Source: an uncultured Pelagibacteraceae bacterium
GTDB lineage: Bacteria; Pseudomonadota; Alphaproteobacteria; Pelagibacterales; AG-422-B15
Assembly: GCA_902577765.1 (NCBI GenBank)
Contig: CACHAK010000001.1
Coordinates: 263,040-327,039, forward strand
Direction of reading: 5' to 3'
DNA: 64,000 nt
Of the stretch, positions 18,479 through 28,769 are shown in pieces (positions within the stretch are counted from its first letter, which is position 1; each line of letters starts with the position of its first letter). The notes beneath the pieces were generated by a model, which saw nothing but the letters and a program-made list of their open reading frames with translations, was not told where the DNA came from and did not search any database. The translations under genes were made by a program, and so were the position numbers.

Positions 18479-19423
18479 ATGTTTAATAAGAAAAATTTTA
18501 AAATTATTAAAAATAAGGATATCGAAATCAATACATATGTTGGTGGAAAGGGTCCATTAGTAATAATGGCTCATGGGTGGCCAGAGTCGTGGTATTCTTG
18601 GAGACATCAGATTACTTCTTTAGTTAAAAACGGTTTCAAAGTAGCAGTGCCAGATATGAGAGGTTACGGAAAAACTTCAAAGCCAACTGAAATCGATGCT
18701 TACAATATTATGGAACTCACTTCAGATATTATTGCTATAGCAGATGAGATGAATGAAGATGATTTTTCTTTAATTGGACACGATTGGGGAGCGCCAGTTG
18801 CTTGGAATACGTCATTGTATCATCCAGACCGAGTTAATAAAGTTTGTGGAATGAGTGTGCCATATGTAGTTTCAAAAATGCCACCGATTGAAACAATGAA
18901 ATTTTTATTCAAAGACGTATTTTTTTATATGATTTATTTCCAAGAAGAGGGACGTGTCGAAAAGGAGTTAGAGCAAGACATGAGAAAATCTTTGATTGCA
19001 GTATATAGTTCTCTCACAAGTGATGGAGAAGAGTCACAAACTTTTGAACCTAAGCCGCATACGGATGAGATGACTTTCTTAGATTCACTTGGCGAACATA
19101 ATAAAATTCCTGATTTTATGTCAGAAGAGGATTTTGATTTTTATCTTAAAGAATTTAAAAATGGAGGAATGCGCGGACCAATTAACTGGTATCGAAACAT
19201 TGACAAAAATTGGGAAATTACAAAAGATACTCATGAGAAAAAAATATCACCTCCTTCATGTTTTATTGTGGGCGAGCATGATCCTGTGGCTAAATGGAGT
19301 TTGATAAATCCAGCCCTACATGAAAACCTTGTCTCAAATAATATAATTAAAAATGCAGGTCATTGGGTACAACAGGAGAAGCCTGAAGAAGTAAATAATA
19401 TACTATTAGATTTTCTTAAATAG
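18479..19423 (+). CDS. Alpha/beta hydrolase, epoxide-hydrolase-like
   Basis: HGWPE, PDMRGYG, GHDWGA, NWYRN, GHWVQQE. Confidence 0.9.
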   Translation: MFNKKNFKIIKNKDIEINTYVGGKGPLVIMAHGWPESWYSWRHQITSLVKNGFKVAVPDMRGYGKTSKPTEIDAYNIMELTSDIIAIADEMNEDDFSLIGHDWGAPVAWNTSLYHPDRVNKVCGMSVPYVVSKMPPIETMKFLFKDVFFYMIYFQEEGRVEKELEQDMRKSLIAVYSSLTSDGEESQTFEPKPHTDEMTFLDSLGEHNKIPDFMSEEDFDFYLKEFKNGGMRGPINWYRNIDKNWEITKDTHEKKISPPSCFIVGEHDPVAKWSLINPALHENLVSNNIIKNAGHWVQQEKPEEVNNILLDFLK

Positions 19424-19464
19424 ATTGAAGATTTATCTGTTTTTAGATACATTCTCACTCGTTT

Positions 19465-19541
<77 letters not shown>

Positions 19542-19553
19542 ATGAGGTTTTTA

Positions 19554-20591
19554 ATGAGCACGCCAATCGAAAATTCTTACTCAATGCCAGCTGAATGGTT
19601 TCCTCACGAGTGTTGTTGGATGCAATGGCCAACAGAGACATTTCCAACAGATGTAACATCATCTTGGTCACATTTTGATTATCAAAAGGGAAGAGATGCA
19701 TGGGCAAAAGTTGCAAATGCTATTTCACAATTTGAAAAAACTAAAATGATAGTTCATCCAAAGGACTCTACTAGTGCCAAAAGTCTACTAAGTGAAAAAA
19801 TAGATATTATTGAGTTTCCTATCAATGACGCATGGTCAAGGGACTCAGGCGCTATATTTCTTTTAGATCATAATCATGGATTAGCAGGAGTGGACTCAGA
19901 TTTTAATTGTTGGGGTTACAAAGAGAATTATGAGCTTGACGATAAAGTAGCTAAGATGATGATAGAAAAATCTGGAGCTCAATATTTTAAAAATAATATG
20001 GTGCTTGAAGGTGGTTCAATTGATGTAGATGGTAATGGAACACTATTGACAACAGAACAGTGCTTACTTCATGACAATCGGAATCCTAATCTTTCTAAAT
20101 CAGAAATAGAGTCAAACCTTAAAAACTTTTTTGGTGTTAGAAATGTTATTTGGCTAAAACACGGAACAGACGAAGGCACTAATGGTCATGTAGATAATGT
20201 TGCATGTTTTATCTCTCCTGGAAGAGTTATGGCTATGACATGTCATGACAAACAAGATCCATATTATGACTTACTAAATGAAAATCTAGAAATTTTAAAA
20301 ACTTCAAAAGATGCAAATGGAAATGACTTAGATGTAATTGAATTAGAGATGTCTTATAAAAGAATTATTCCAAATGATGATGAGCCATGCTCATATATTA
20401 ACTTCTATATTGCAAATTCAGCAGTAATTCTTCCAATTTTCGGAGATGAAAAGGCAGATCAAAATGCTTTAGAAATAGTTAAAAGTTCGTTTCCAGATCG
20501 AAAAGTAGTCACTCTTGATGGGTCTCATATACTTTTAGGAGGAGGTGGTGTACACTGCATCACGCAACAACAACCTAGGAGTAAAATGTGA
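19554..20591 (+). CDS. aguA: Agmatine deiminase
   Basis: MPAEWFPH, NDAWSRD, LEGGSI, TNGHVD, YINFY, GGGVHCITQQQP; ATG at 19554 after GAGG. Confidence 0.92.
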   Translation: MSTPIENSYSMPAEWFPHECCWMQWPTETFPTDVTSSWSHFDYQKGRDAWAKVANAISQFEKTKMIVHPKDSTSAKSLLSEKIDIIEFPINDAWSRDSGAIFLLDHNHGLAGVDSDFNCWGYKENYELDDKVAKMMIEKSGAQYFKNNMVLEGGSIDVDGNGTLLTTEQCLLHDNRNPNLSKSEIESNLKNFFGVRNVIWLKHGTDEGTNGHVDNVACFISPGRVMAMTCHDKQDPYYDLLNENLEILKTSKDANGNDLDVIELEMSYKRIIPNDDEPCSYINFYIANSAVILPIFGDEKADQNALEIVKSSFPDRKVVTLDGSHILLGGGGVHCITQQQPRSKM

Positions 20592-21457
20592 GAGAAGTAA
20601 CCGTGGCAGCAACGCAAATGGCTTGCTCTAATGAAACTGATAAGAATGTGAGTAATGCTGAGAAGCTTGTCAGACAGGCCGCTTCCGAAGGCGCTCAAAT
20701 AATTTTAATTCAAGAGTTATTTGAATCACAATATTTTTGCATGGACCAAAAAGAAGAACTGTTTGAATTATCAAAGCCTTTTGAGAACCATCCAACAATA
20801 AAAAAATTTTCTGAATTAGCTAAAGAGCTGAAAGTTGTTTTGCCAGTGAGTTTTTTTGAAAAAGCAAATAGGGCTCATTATAATTCAGTTGCGATTGTAG
20901 ATGCAGATGGAAGCGTATTAGGAAAATATAGAAAGTCGCACATTCCTGATGGACCTGGATACCAGGAGAAGTTTTATTTTAATCCTGGAGACACAGGTTT
21001 CAAAGTATGGAATACAAAATACGCAAAGATTGGAGTTGGCATATGTTGGGATCAGTGGTTTCCAGAGGCCGCAAGGTCCATGGTTCTAAGTGGAGCAGAA
21101 TTATTACTATATCCAACTGCTATTGGAGGAGAACCAGAAGATGATGGATTTGATAGCTCTGATATGTGGCAAAGAGCAATGATAGGTCACTCTGCATCAA
21201 ATCAAATACCAGTCATTGCTTCAAATAGAATTGGAACTGAAAAAGGAATTGATATTGAAAACTATTTTTATGGCCGTTCCTTCGTGACAAATCATGTTGG
21301 CGACAAGATCGCAGAAGGAAGTAGAGATAAAGAAGAAGTACTGATAGGAAAGATTAATTTGTCTGAAGCTGAAACCTTGCGAAACGTTTGGGGGGTTTTT
21401 AGAGATCGAAGACCTGAACTCTATAAAGGCCTTCTTAATCTAGATGGATCAGAATAG
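20588..21457 (+). CDS. aguB: N-carbamoylputrescine amidase
   Basis: Nitrilase fold: QELF, YRKSHIPDGPGYQEKFYF, ICWDQWFPE, YPTAIG; coupled to aguA. Confidence 0.92.
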   Translation: MREVTVAATQMACSNETDKNVSNAEKLVRQAASEGAQIILIQELFESQYFCMDQKEELFELSKPFENHPTIKKFSELAKELKVVLPVSFFEKANRAHYNSVAIVDADGSVLGKYRKSHIPDGPGYQEKFYFNPGDTGFKVWNTKYAKIGVGICWDQWFPEAARSMVLSGAELLLYPTAIGGEPEDDGFDSSDMWQRAMIGHSASNQIPVIASNRIGTEKGIDIENYFYGRSFVTNHVGDKIAEGSRDKEEVLIGKINLSEAETLRNVWGVFRDRRPELYKGLLNLDGSE

Positions 21458-21462
21458 AGAAT

Positions 21463-21741
21463 ATGAAAGCTAAAATATATAAACCCTCTAAAACTGCAAT
21501 GCAGTCAGGAAGATCAAAATATAATAAATGGGTTTTAAAATTTTCGGACCAAAAAAATCAACTTAAAGACACTATGATGGGTTGGCATGGTGGTAGTAGT
21601 ACTGTTTCTCAAATTGAATTAAAGTTCTCATCTAAAGAAGAAGCCGTCAGTTATGCAAAAAAAAATAGTATTGATTATGAAATTCTTGAAACCTCAGAAA
21701 GGAAAGTTATAAATAAATCTTACGCAGATAACTTTAAGTAG
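21463..21741 (+). CDS. Complex I accessory subunit, NDUFS4-like
   Basis: KIYKPSKTAMQSGR, MMGW, LKFSSKEEA, KSYADNF. Confidence 0.9.
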   Translation: MKAKIYKPSKTAMQSGRSKYNKWVLKFSDQKNQLKDTMMGWHGGSSTVSQIELKFSSKEEAVSYAKKNSIDYEILETSERKVINKSYADNFK

Positions 21742-21818
21742 GCGCCCGTAGCTCAGCTGGATAGAGCAACAGCCTTCTAAGCTGTGGGTCAGAGGTTCGA
21801 ATCCTCTCGGGCGCGCCA
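21742..21818 (+). tRNA. tRNA-Arg(TCT)
   Basis: GCGCCCG/CGGGCGC acceptor stem, ACAGC-CTTCTAA-GCTGT anticodon arm, CCA. Confidence 0.95.
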
Positions 21819-21828
21819 TAAAAAAATA

Positions 21829-22488
21829 ATGAGTAAATTATCTATCATAACCATACTAATAGGTTTTCTAAGTTCTACAGTTTTACTAAAAGCCGAAAAT
21901 GTTTATGACCTTTTTGCTACTGGACAAAAAGAAGAAGCAATAAATGTTTTAAAAAATATTGTAAAAACAGATTCAAATCTAGATGCTAAATATATTTTAG
22001 GGCTGTTATATAATGACGCCTCATCTATAAACTTGTGTAAAATAGACGACTTTTGCATAGACGAGAATGAATCAAATTATAAAAAAGCTTATGAGATTTT
22101 TTTAGATCTTTACGAAAATGATAGCGACCCAAGAGCAGCATATGCTATTGGAGAATATTACGACAATCACTGGGTATTTTGGCCAAACTATAAAAAAGCG
22201 TTTAAGTATTATTTATTTGCTGCAGAGAGAGGTGTGCCTGAAGCTCAATATAATGTAGCAAATATGTACGAGTTTGGAGACGGAGTAAAAAAAGATCTTG
22301 TTCAATCAGTTAGATGGTATCTGCAATGTAATAAGTCTTCATTATGTGGCGCAGGAAAAGAAGGAATTGATGACCTCATTGCAGAGTTGAGCTCTGATGA
22401 ATTAGACTATGCACTGTCACTTGTGGAAGATACAATTGAAGAAGTAGATATAAGAATAACTGCAGCACGATCAATTGTGGTTCAATAA
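21829..22488 (+). CDS. Secreted Sel1-repeat protein
   Basis: Signal peptide; AAYAIGEYY, AAERGVPEAQYNVANMYEFGDGVKKDLVQSVRWY. Confidence 0.85.
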   Translation: MSKLSIITILIGFLSSTVLLKAENVYDLFATGQKEEAINVLKNIVKTDSNLDAKYILGLLYNDASSINLCKIDDFCIDENESNYKKAYEIFLDLYENDSDPRAAYAIGEYYDNHWVFWPNYKKAFKYYLFAAERGVPEAQYNVANMYEFGDGVKKDLVQSVRWYLQCNKSSLCGAGKEGIDDLIAELSSDELDYALSLVEDTIEEVDIRITAARSIVVQ

Positions 22489-22620
22489 AATTTTGATACC
22501 ACATATAGTAGTGGCAATTTGACTTTAGTGATTCATTTTTTTTGTTTCTCTTCGAATTAAATCTGTGATTATATTTTCCATAATTTAATTAATTAAATCA
22601 AAAAAAAGGATTAATCACTT

Positions 22621-23646
22621 ATGAATACAATGAGAATTACTTTCCTTGGATTAGTTTGTTCAGTATTGATGGTACCAGCTGCATTTGCTGGAACTTTAGA
22701 CACTGTTAAATCACAAGGATTTTTCAACTGTGGTGTAAGTCAGGGAGTTCCTGGTTTTTCAAACCCAGACGAAAATGGAAACTGGAGTGGTATTGACGTA
22801 GACGTATGTCGTGCTGTTTCTGCTGCCATTTTTGGAGATCCAGATAAAGTGAAGTATGTACCTCTAACTGCAAAAGAGAGATTTACAGCACTTCAAGCTG
22901 GTGAAATTGATGTTTTATCAAGAAATACTACTTGGACATTATCACGTGACGCTCAAATTGGTTTAGAGTTTGCTGGCGTTAACTTCTATGATGGTCAAGG
23001 TTTCATGGTCAGAAAAGACTCTGGCATTTCAAGTGCAATGGAACTTGATGGTGCAAGTGTTTGTACAAACCTTGGTACAACAACTGAATTAAATATGGCT
23101 GACTTTTTTAGAGCAAATGGAATGGCTTATGAGCCAGTTGTTTTTGAAAAAGCAGATGAAGTTGTAAATGCATATGACGAAGGTCGTTGCGATACATATA
23201 CGACTGATAAATCTGGTTTAGCTGCACAAAGAACTAAGCTTGCTGATCCTAATGCACACGTAGTCCTTCCAGAAACCATTTCTAAAGAACCTCTTGGTCC
23301 TGTTGTAAGAGAAGGTGATGGAGACTGGGCTGACATTGTCAGATGGTCACTTAATGCGATGATTGAAGCAGAAGAATTTGGGCTAACTCAAGCAAATGCT
23401 CAAACAACTTGTGCTCTTACTTCAAACCCAGTAGTTGCAAGACTATGCGGTAAAGAAGGTGCAACAGGTGCTGGTTTGAACTTAGGTGAAAGCTGGTCAT
23501 ATGACATCGTAACGATGGTAGGAAACTACGGGGATGTTTACGAAAAACATGTTGGAGAAAATACTCCAGTAGGTCTTGCAAGAGCAGGGTCGCCTAATGC
23601 TTCTTATAAAAACGGTGGAGTACTTTACGCTCCTCCTGCTAGATAA
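22621..23646 (+). CDS. aapJ: General L-amino acid ABC transporter, binding protein
   Basis: CGVSQGVPGFS, RFTALQAGEIDVLSRNTTWT, ISKEPLGP, GNYG. Confidence 0.93.
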   Translation: MNTMRITFLGLVCSVLMVPAAFAGTLDTVKSQGFFNCGVSQGVPGFSNPDENGNWSGIDVDVCRAVSAAIFGDPDKVKYVPLTAKERFTALQAGEIDVLSRNTTWTLSRDAQIGLEFAGVNFYDGQGFMVRKDSGISSAMELDGASVCTNLGTTTELNMADFFRANGMAYEPVVFEKADEVVNAYDEGRCDTYTTDKSGLAAQRTKLADPNAHVVLPETISKEPLGPVVREGDGDWADIVRWSLNAMIEAEEFGLTQANAQTTCALTSNPVVARLCGKEGATGAGLNLGESWSYDIVTMVGNYGDVYEKHVGENTPVGLARAGSPNASYKNGGVLYAPPAR

Positions 23647-23678
23647 TAGTAAAAGTAATTTCTAGCAAAGATCACTTT

Positions 23679-23707
23679 AAAGGGGGCCATTTATGGCCCC
23701 CTTTTTT
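23679..23707 (+). terminator. Intrinsic terminator / stabilising hairpin after aapJ
   Basis: AAAGGGGGCCAT-TT-ATGGCCCCC-TTTTTT. Confidence 0.85.
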
Positions 23708-23748
23708 ATATGTAAATAACTCAAATCAATATATAGTTTTTAGCGGTT

Positions 23749-24927
23749 ATGGAGACGGACAAATCAAAAATAGGAAATTTTATATTTAATAGGAGTGTTC
23801 AAGGAGTCTTCTATCAGCTTATCACATTAGGGTTAGTAGCACTTGGAATTTATTACATTGTTACTAATACAGCTCGCAACATGCTGGAAAGGGGCTTAGC
23901 AAGTGGTTTTCACTTTCTAGGAGTTGAGTCTCAATTTGATATAGGCATGACTCTTATAGAGTATTCTCCAACATCTACTTATTTTGACTCATTCATTGTA
24001 GGTTTATTGAATACCTTGCTGGTTGCAGGAATAGGAATTCTTTTTGCAACAATAATCGGATTTACAGTAGGCATCATGCGATTATCATCTAATTGGTTGA
24101 TTGCAAAGATTGCAGAGGCTTATGTTGAGATTCTTAGAAATATCCCGTTACTTCTTCAAATATTTTTTTGGTACTTTGCTGTTTTAAGGGCACTTCCAAA
24201 ACCTAAGCAAAGTTTAGAGCTCTACGATTCTTTTTTTCTAAATAACAGAGGTTTATTTATACCTGACACTGTATTCGGTGAGGGATCTTCAATAATATTT
24301 TACTTGCTTTGGCTAACAATAATAATCTCAATTGGAATATTCATTTGGGCAAAACGAAGACAAAATAGAACTGGAGAGAGATTTCCTGCCTTCTATGTAT
24401 CAACTGCATTAATTTTAGGTACATTTTTTATTAGTTTAGCCGCAACTGGCTTTCCAGTTTCTTTCGAATACCCGGAATTAAAAGGTTTTAATTTTAAAGG
24501 TGGCGTAAAGTTAATACCTGAATTAGTTGCTCTAACTTTTGCGCTAGCCATGTATACAGCATCATTTATTGCAGAGGTAGTCCGAGGTGGCATTATGGCG
24601 GTGTCGAAAGGACAAACAGAAGCTGCAAAATCTGTTGGTCTAAAACAAAATCTAATACTTCGACTAATTATAATTCCTCAGGCTTTGCGGGTTATTGTGC
24701 CTCCATTGACTAATCAATATTTAAACTTAACTAAAAACTCTTCCTTAGCGGCTGCTATTGCATATCCTGATCTTGTTTTGGTATTTGCTGGAACGGCATT
24801 AATGCAAACCGGACAAGCAATTGAAATTATTGGAATGGTGATGGGTGTATATCTATTCTTAAGCCTATTCACATCTGTAATTATGAATCTATTTAACAGA
24901 TTTATGAAAGTTGATGGTGAAAGATAA
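23749..24927 (+). CDS. aapQ: Amino acid ABC permease
   Basis: GLLNTLLV, RNIPLLLQ, AEVVRGGI, NLTKNSSL. Confidence 0.92.
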   Translation: METDKSKIGNFIFNRSVQGVFYQLITLGLVALGIYYIVTNTARNMLERGLASGFHFLGVESQFDIGMTLIEYSPTSTYFDSFIVGLLNTLLVAGIGILFATIIGFTVGIMRLSSNWLIAKIAEAYVEILRNIPLLLQIFFWYFAVLRALPKPKQSLELYDSFFLNNRGLFIPDTVFGEGSSIIFYLLWLTIIISIGIFIWAKRRQNRTGERFPAFYVSTALILGTFFISLAATGFPVSFEYPELKGFNFKGGVKLIPELVALTFALAMYTASFIAEVVRGGIMAVSKGQTEAAKSVGLKQNLILRLIIIPQALRVIVPPLTNQYLNLTKNSSLAAAIAYPDLVLVFAGTALMQTGQAIEIIGMVMGVYLFLSLFTSVIMNLFNRFMKVDGER

Positions 24928-26010
24928 ATGAGTGCTGCCAACAAAGAGATCGGACCCCCAGTTATCGAGTTAGGAGTAATGGGATGGCTTAGAAAAAATC
25001 TTTTTTCTAATTGGTATAATTCTTTGCTTACAATTTTCGGCTTATACCTACTTTACATTCTAATCCCTCCTTTAGTTAATTGGATATTTTTAGATGCAAA
25101 TTTTGTTGGCTCGACCCGAGATGACTGCACAAACGAGGGAGCATGCTGGATATTTATACAACAAAATATCAAGCTTATATTTTATGGACTATACCCAACC
25201 GAAGAATTATGGAGAATAAATTTTGTCTATCTTATTCTATTAATATCGGGAGTATATCTTCTTATTCCTAATTTAAAGCATAAAGGGTGGGTAGGCGCTT
25301 TTCTGCTTATAATTTTCCCAATCATTTGTGTGGTTATGTTATCAGGAGGTCTTGGCCTTGAAGCGGTTGAAACTCGTTTGTGGGGTGGTTTATTTTTAAC
25401 ATTAGTTATTGCAGGAGTTGGAATTGTATTATCTCTACCAATTGGAGTAATGCTAGCTTTGGGAAGAAGATCTAAGCTGCCGGTAGTTTCACTTTTATGT
25501 ACAATCTTTATTGAAATTTGGAGAGGTGTTCCGCTTATAACAGTTTTATTTATGGCCTCAAATATGTTTCCACTGTTCATGCCTGAGGGGGTCAATTTTG
25601 ATAAATTAATTAGAGCACTGATTGGAGTTATGTTTTTTTCAGCTGCATATTTAGCAGAAGTTGTACGAGGTGGTTTACAGGCAATGCCAAAGGGACAATA
25701 CGAAGCGTCGCAAGCAGTTGGATTGACTTATTGGAGAATGATGGCATTAGTAATTTTACCGCAGTCTCTCAAGATGGTGATACCAGCAATAATAGGAAGC
25801 TTTATAGCAATATTTAAGGATACAACTCTGGTTTTAGTTATAGGCTTATTTGATTTTCTTGGTATTATTCAGTTTGTTGGAACAAATCCAGATTGGTTAG
25901 GCTTTTCTCATGAGGGATATGTTTTTGCTGCTGCAGTATTTTGGGTTTTTTGTTATGCTATGAGTTGGTATAGTCAACGTCTTGAAAAGAAATTAGATAC
26001 AGGAAGATAA
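24928..26010 (+). CDS. aapM: Amino acid ABC permease
   Basis: [33 protein letters not shown]. Confidence 0.92.
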   Translation: MSAANKEIGPPVIELGVMGWLRKNLFSNWYNSLLTIFGLYLLYILIPPLVNWIFLDANFVGSTRDDCTNEGACWIFIQQNIKLIFYGLYPTEELWRINFVYLILLISGVYLLIPNLKHKGWVGAFLLIIFPIICVVMLSGGLGLEAVETRLWGGLFLTLVIAGVGIVLSLPIGVMLALGRRSKLPVVSLLCTIFIEIWRGVPLITVLFMASNMFPLFMPEGVNFDKLIRALIGVMFFSAAYLAEVVRGGLQAMPKGQYEASQAVGLTYWRMMALVILPQSLKMVIPAIIGSFIAIFKDTTLVLVIGLFDFLGIIQFVGTNPDWLGFSHEGYVFAAAVFWVFCYAMSWYSQRLEKKLDTGR

Positions 26011-26012
26011 GT

Positions 26013-26750
26013 ATGAGTTCTGAATTAATGATAGAAATGAAAAATGTTCACAAATGGTTTGGTGAACTACACGTACTAAATGATATTAATCTTGAAATTA
26101 ACAAAGGGGAGAAGATTGTTATTTGTGGTCCATCTGGATCCGGCAAATCAACACTTATCAGATGCATCAATAGATTAGAAGAGCATCAACGAGGAAATAT
26201 TATCGTTGAAGGCACCGAACTTACAAATGACAGCAGAAGTATTGAAAGAATTAGAGGTGAAGTAGGTATGGTTTTCCAGCAGTTTAATTTATTTCCTCAT
26301 CTTTCTATTTTAGATAATTGTTCTCTTGCTCCGATCTGGGTTAGAAAATTGCCAAAGACTGAGGCAAAAGAAAAGGCTATGGAATACTTAAAGCGTGTAC
26401 AGATAGATGACCAAGCGCACAAGTACCCTGCTCAGTTATCTGGAGGACAACAGCAACGAGCAGCTATAGCCAGAGCCCTTTGTATGGAGCCAAGGATAAT
26501 GCTTTTTGACGAGCCTACTTCGGCTCTTGATCCGGAAATGATTAAGGAGGTTTTAGATGTAATGGTAGGGCTTGCCAAAGGGGGAATGACCATGATTGTT
26601 GTTACTCATGAAATGGGCTTTGCAAAAGAAGTTGCTGACAGTATTATTTTTATGGATGAAGGTCAAATTATTGAGGCAAAGAATCCAAAAGACTTTTTTG
26701 ATAACCCTGAAAGTGAGAGAACTAAAACTTTCTTGAGCCAAATACTCTAA
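26013..26750 (+). CDS. aapP: Amino acid ABC ATP-binding protein
   Basis: [35 protein letters not shown]. Confidence 0.95.
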   Translation: MSSELMIEMKNVHKWFGELHVLNDINLEINKGEKIVICGPSGSGKSTLIRCINRLEEHQRGNIIVEGTELTNDSRSIERIRGEVGMVFQQFNLFPHLSILDNCSLAPIWVRKLPKTEAKEKAMEYLKRVQIDDQAHKYPAQLSGGQQQRAAIARALCMEPRIMLFDEPTSALDPEMIKEVLDVMVGLAKGGMTMIVVTHEMGFAKEVADSIIFMDEGQIIEAKNPKDFFDNPESERTKTFLSQIL

Positions 26751-26751
26751 A

Positions 26752-26827
26752 TGGCTCCCCGGACTGGACTCGAACCAGTGACAAAGCGGTTAACAGCCGC
26801 TTGCTCTACCAACTGAGCTACCGGGGA
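26752..26827 (-). tRNA. tRNA-Asn(GTT)
   Basis: Minus strand TCCCCGG...GCGG-CTGTTAA-CCGC...GGTTCGAGTCC...CCGGGGAGCCA. Confidence 0.95.
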
Positions 26828-26902
26828 ACAACTAACTTCTTATAACAAAAGATAAAGTTTATATCTAGTTTTACTTCAATAAGAAAGATATAAATAATCC
26901 TA

Positions 26903-27919
26903 ATGACAGTACAAAAAGACAATATTTACGAATTTGGTTTTGGTAGAAGTGATCAAGTATCAAAGAATGTTAATTTACTTGATGAGGCGGTATTTAGCTT
27001 TTTGTATGGAGGCTTATTTAAAGTACTTAAATCGCTCGCCCTTTCAAGCTTACTGGATCTTGAAATAGTATTTCGCTTATATGTAAATTTTTATAAAGGA
27101 TTATCTTTTTATGATATTCAATACTTTACGCAGTCACCCGAAAGAACACTTTGGCGTAGGTTAAAGTATTTGGAAGAAAATGGAGTAATTAGAAAATCTA
27201 AAAACCAAAAGGACAAAAGAACAATCAGATTTTTACTTTCTAAAAACTCATATGACAAACTTAGTAGTTCAATTCCCAAAGAAGATCTGGCAATCACAAT
27301 TTCAAAGATTGCCATGTCATATGCTGACAAATTATGGATGTTTAATGTAAGAGATCCAAATAAAGTCAGGAAAACACTTTTAAATCTTGCGAGAAGCTCA
27401 GTTTCACTGAATGAAAATAACTTTCTATGTCAATTCGCCTTTGGGCTGTCTTATTATTATGGTGGTAATTTCGACCTTGCTCTTAACCATTCATACAACT
27501 CAATAAAATTAAATAAAAAATTTGCTCACGGTCGTCGATTATTTGGATCTTCTTTATTTCAAATTGATGAGAAGAAAAGAGCGTATTTAGAGATGAATAA
27601 GGCACTAGACTTGTATGAGGACATTTATGGTCAATGGAGAACATATTTTGAACTTTGGAGGTTTAATTTTATTGATGATAAAATGAAGGATGCTCAGAAT
27701 TATTCTGAAAAACTCATAAGACTTCAGCCTGAATATCCTCAGTCTTATATTGCTTATCTCGCATCTCATCAAAAAAATACATTAATAAGATCGGTGAAAA
27801 GTAAACTTAATCAGCTATTGCCAAACTTTTCACCTTCAATGATTAAAAGTTTTCATTCTTGGATAAGGGACGATCAGGCAGAAAAAATAATCGACTCCTT
27901 ACGAAAACATTTATCTTAA
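26903..27919 (+). CDS. Hypothetical winged-HTH (MarR-like) plus TPR-like protein
   Basis: ERTLWRRLKYLEENGVIRKSKNQKDKRT then helical TPR-like repeats (ALNHSYNSIKLNKKFAHG). Confidence 0.6.
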   Translation: MTVQKDNIYEFGFGRSDQVSKNVNLLDEAVFSFLYGGLFKVLKSLALSSLLDLEIVFRLYVNFYKGLSFYDIQYFTQSPERTLWRRLKYLEENGVIRKSKNQKDKRTIRFLLSKNSYDKLSSSIPKEDLAITISKIAMSYADKLWMFNVRDPNKVRKTLLNLARSSVSLNENNFLCQFAFGLSYYYGGNFDLALNHSYNSIKLNKKFAHGRRLFGSSLFQIDEKKRAYLEMNKALDLYEDIYGQWRTYFELWRFNFIDDKMKDAQNYSEKLIRLQPEYPQSYIAYLASHQKNTLIRSVKSKLNQLLPNFSPSMIKSFHSWIRDDQAEKIIDSLRKHLS

Positions 27920-27925
27920 AATGAA

Positions 27926-27999
27926 TGGAGGCCACGACCGGAATCGAACCGGTATACAAGGATTTGCAGTCCTCTGCGTAACCATTCCGCCACGTGGCC
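27926..27999 (-). tRNA. tRNA-Cys(GCA)
   Basis: Minus strand GGCCACG...GAGGA-CTGCAAA-TCCTT...GGTTCGATTCC...CGTGGCCTCCA. Confidence 0.95.
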
Positions 28000-28093
28000 C
28001 GAAAGATTGGTTTTTATATCATTAATATTCGCAAAATGTGAATAATTTTGAAAAGTATGTGATCATATATTATAAAACAGACTTATATAAATT

Positions 28094-28744
28094 ATGGAAG
28101 AAGCTGTTTTGAATAAAAATATGGTAGATGGTCAAATTAAGCCATTAAACGGGATGAGTCAGCGGTTATTATCTGCTTTTTATTCACTTGATAGAAATGA
28201 CTTTATGCCAGAGACAATGAAAAAAATGTCCTACGTTGAGAAAAATATAATACTAGAAAACAATAGAACTATCTTGAAGCCTGATTTAGTAGCTAAAATT
28301 GCCTTGAATATAAATTTAAAGTCACATGAGAATGTTTTAATAGTAGGTTCATCTACTGGTTATCTCAGCGCTATTTTGTCGTATCAAGCAGAAACAGTTA
28401 TAGTCGTAGAGGAAGACGAAGAACTGCTCGTCAAATCAGAAAATGCAATTAAAAAGAACAATATTAATAATGTTGTTTTTATTAAAAATGAGATGGTCAG
28501 AGGATTTAGTAATCAGTCGCCTTTCAATGCGATTATAATTGAAGGAGCAATTCAAGAAGTTCCTACTAATATTTTGGATCAATTAGATAATGAAGGAAGA
28601 CTATTAGCTATAATTCAAGATGGGGACATATGTTCAGCTAAATTATTCAAAAAGAATGGTAATTCAATAAGCGATCAGCACCTATTTAATTGCTCAGTAC
28701 CGACTTTAAATGTATTCAAGAAAAGAAATAGCTTTAGTTTCTAA
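28094..28744 (+). CDS. pcm: Protein-L-isoaspartate O-methyltransferase
   Basis: VLIVGSSTGYLSAIL, PFNAIIIEGAI, LDQLDNEGRL; typical position before popZ-valS. Confidence 0.8.
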   Translation: MEEAVLNKNMVDGQIKPLNGMSQRLLSAFYSLDRNDFMPETMKKMSYVEKNIILENNRTILKPDLVAKIALNINLKSHENVLIVGSSTGYLSAILSYQAETVIVVEEDEELLVKSENAIKKNNINNVVFIKNEMVRGFSNQSPFNAIIIEGAIQEVPTNILDQLDNEGRLLAIIQDGDICSAKLFKKNGNSISDQHLFNCSVPTLNVFKKRNSFSF

Positions 28745-28769
28745 TTACTTATCGCTATAAAAGTTAACA

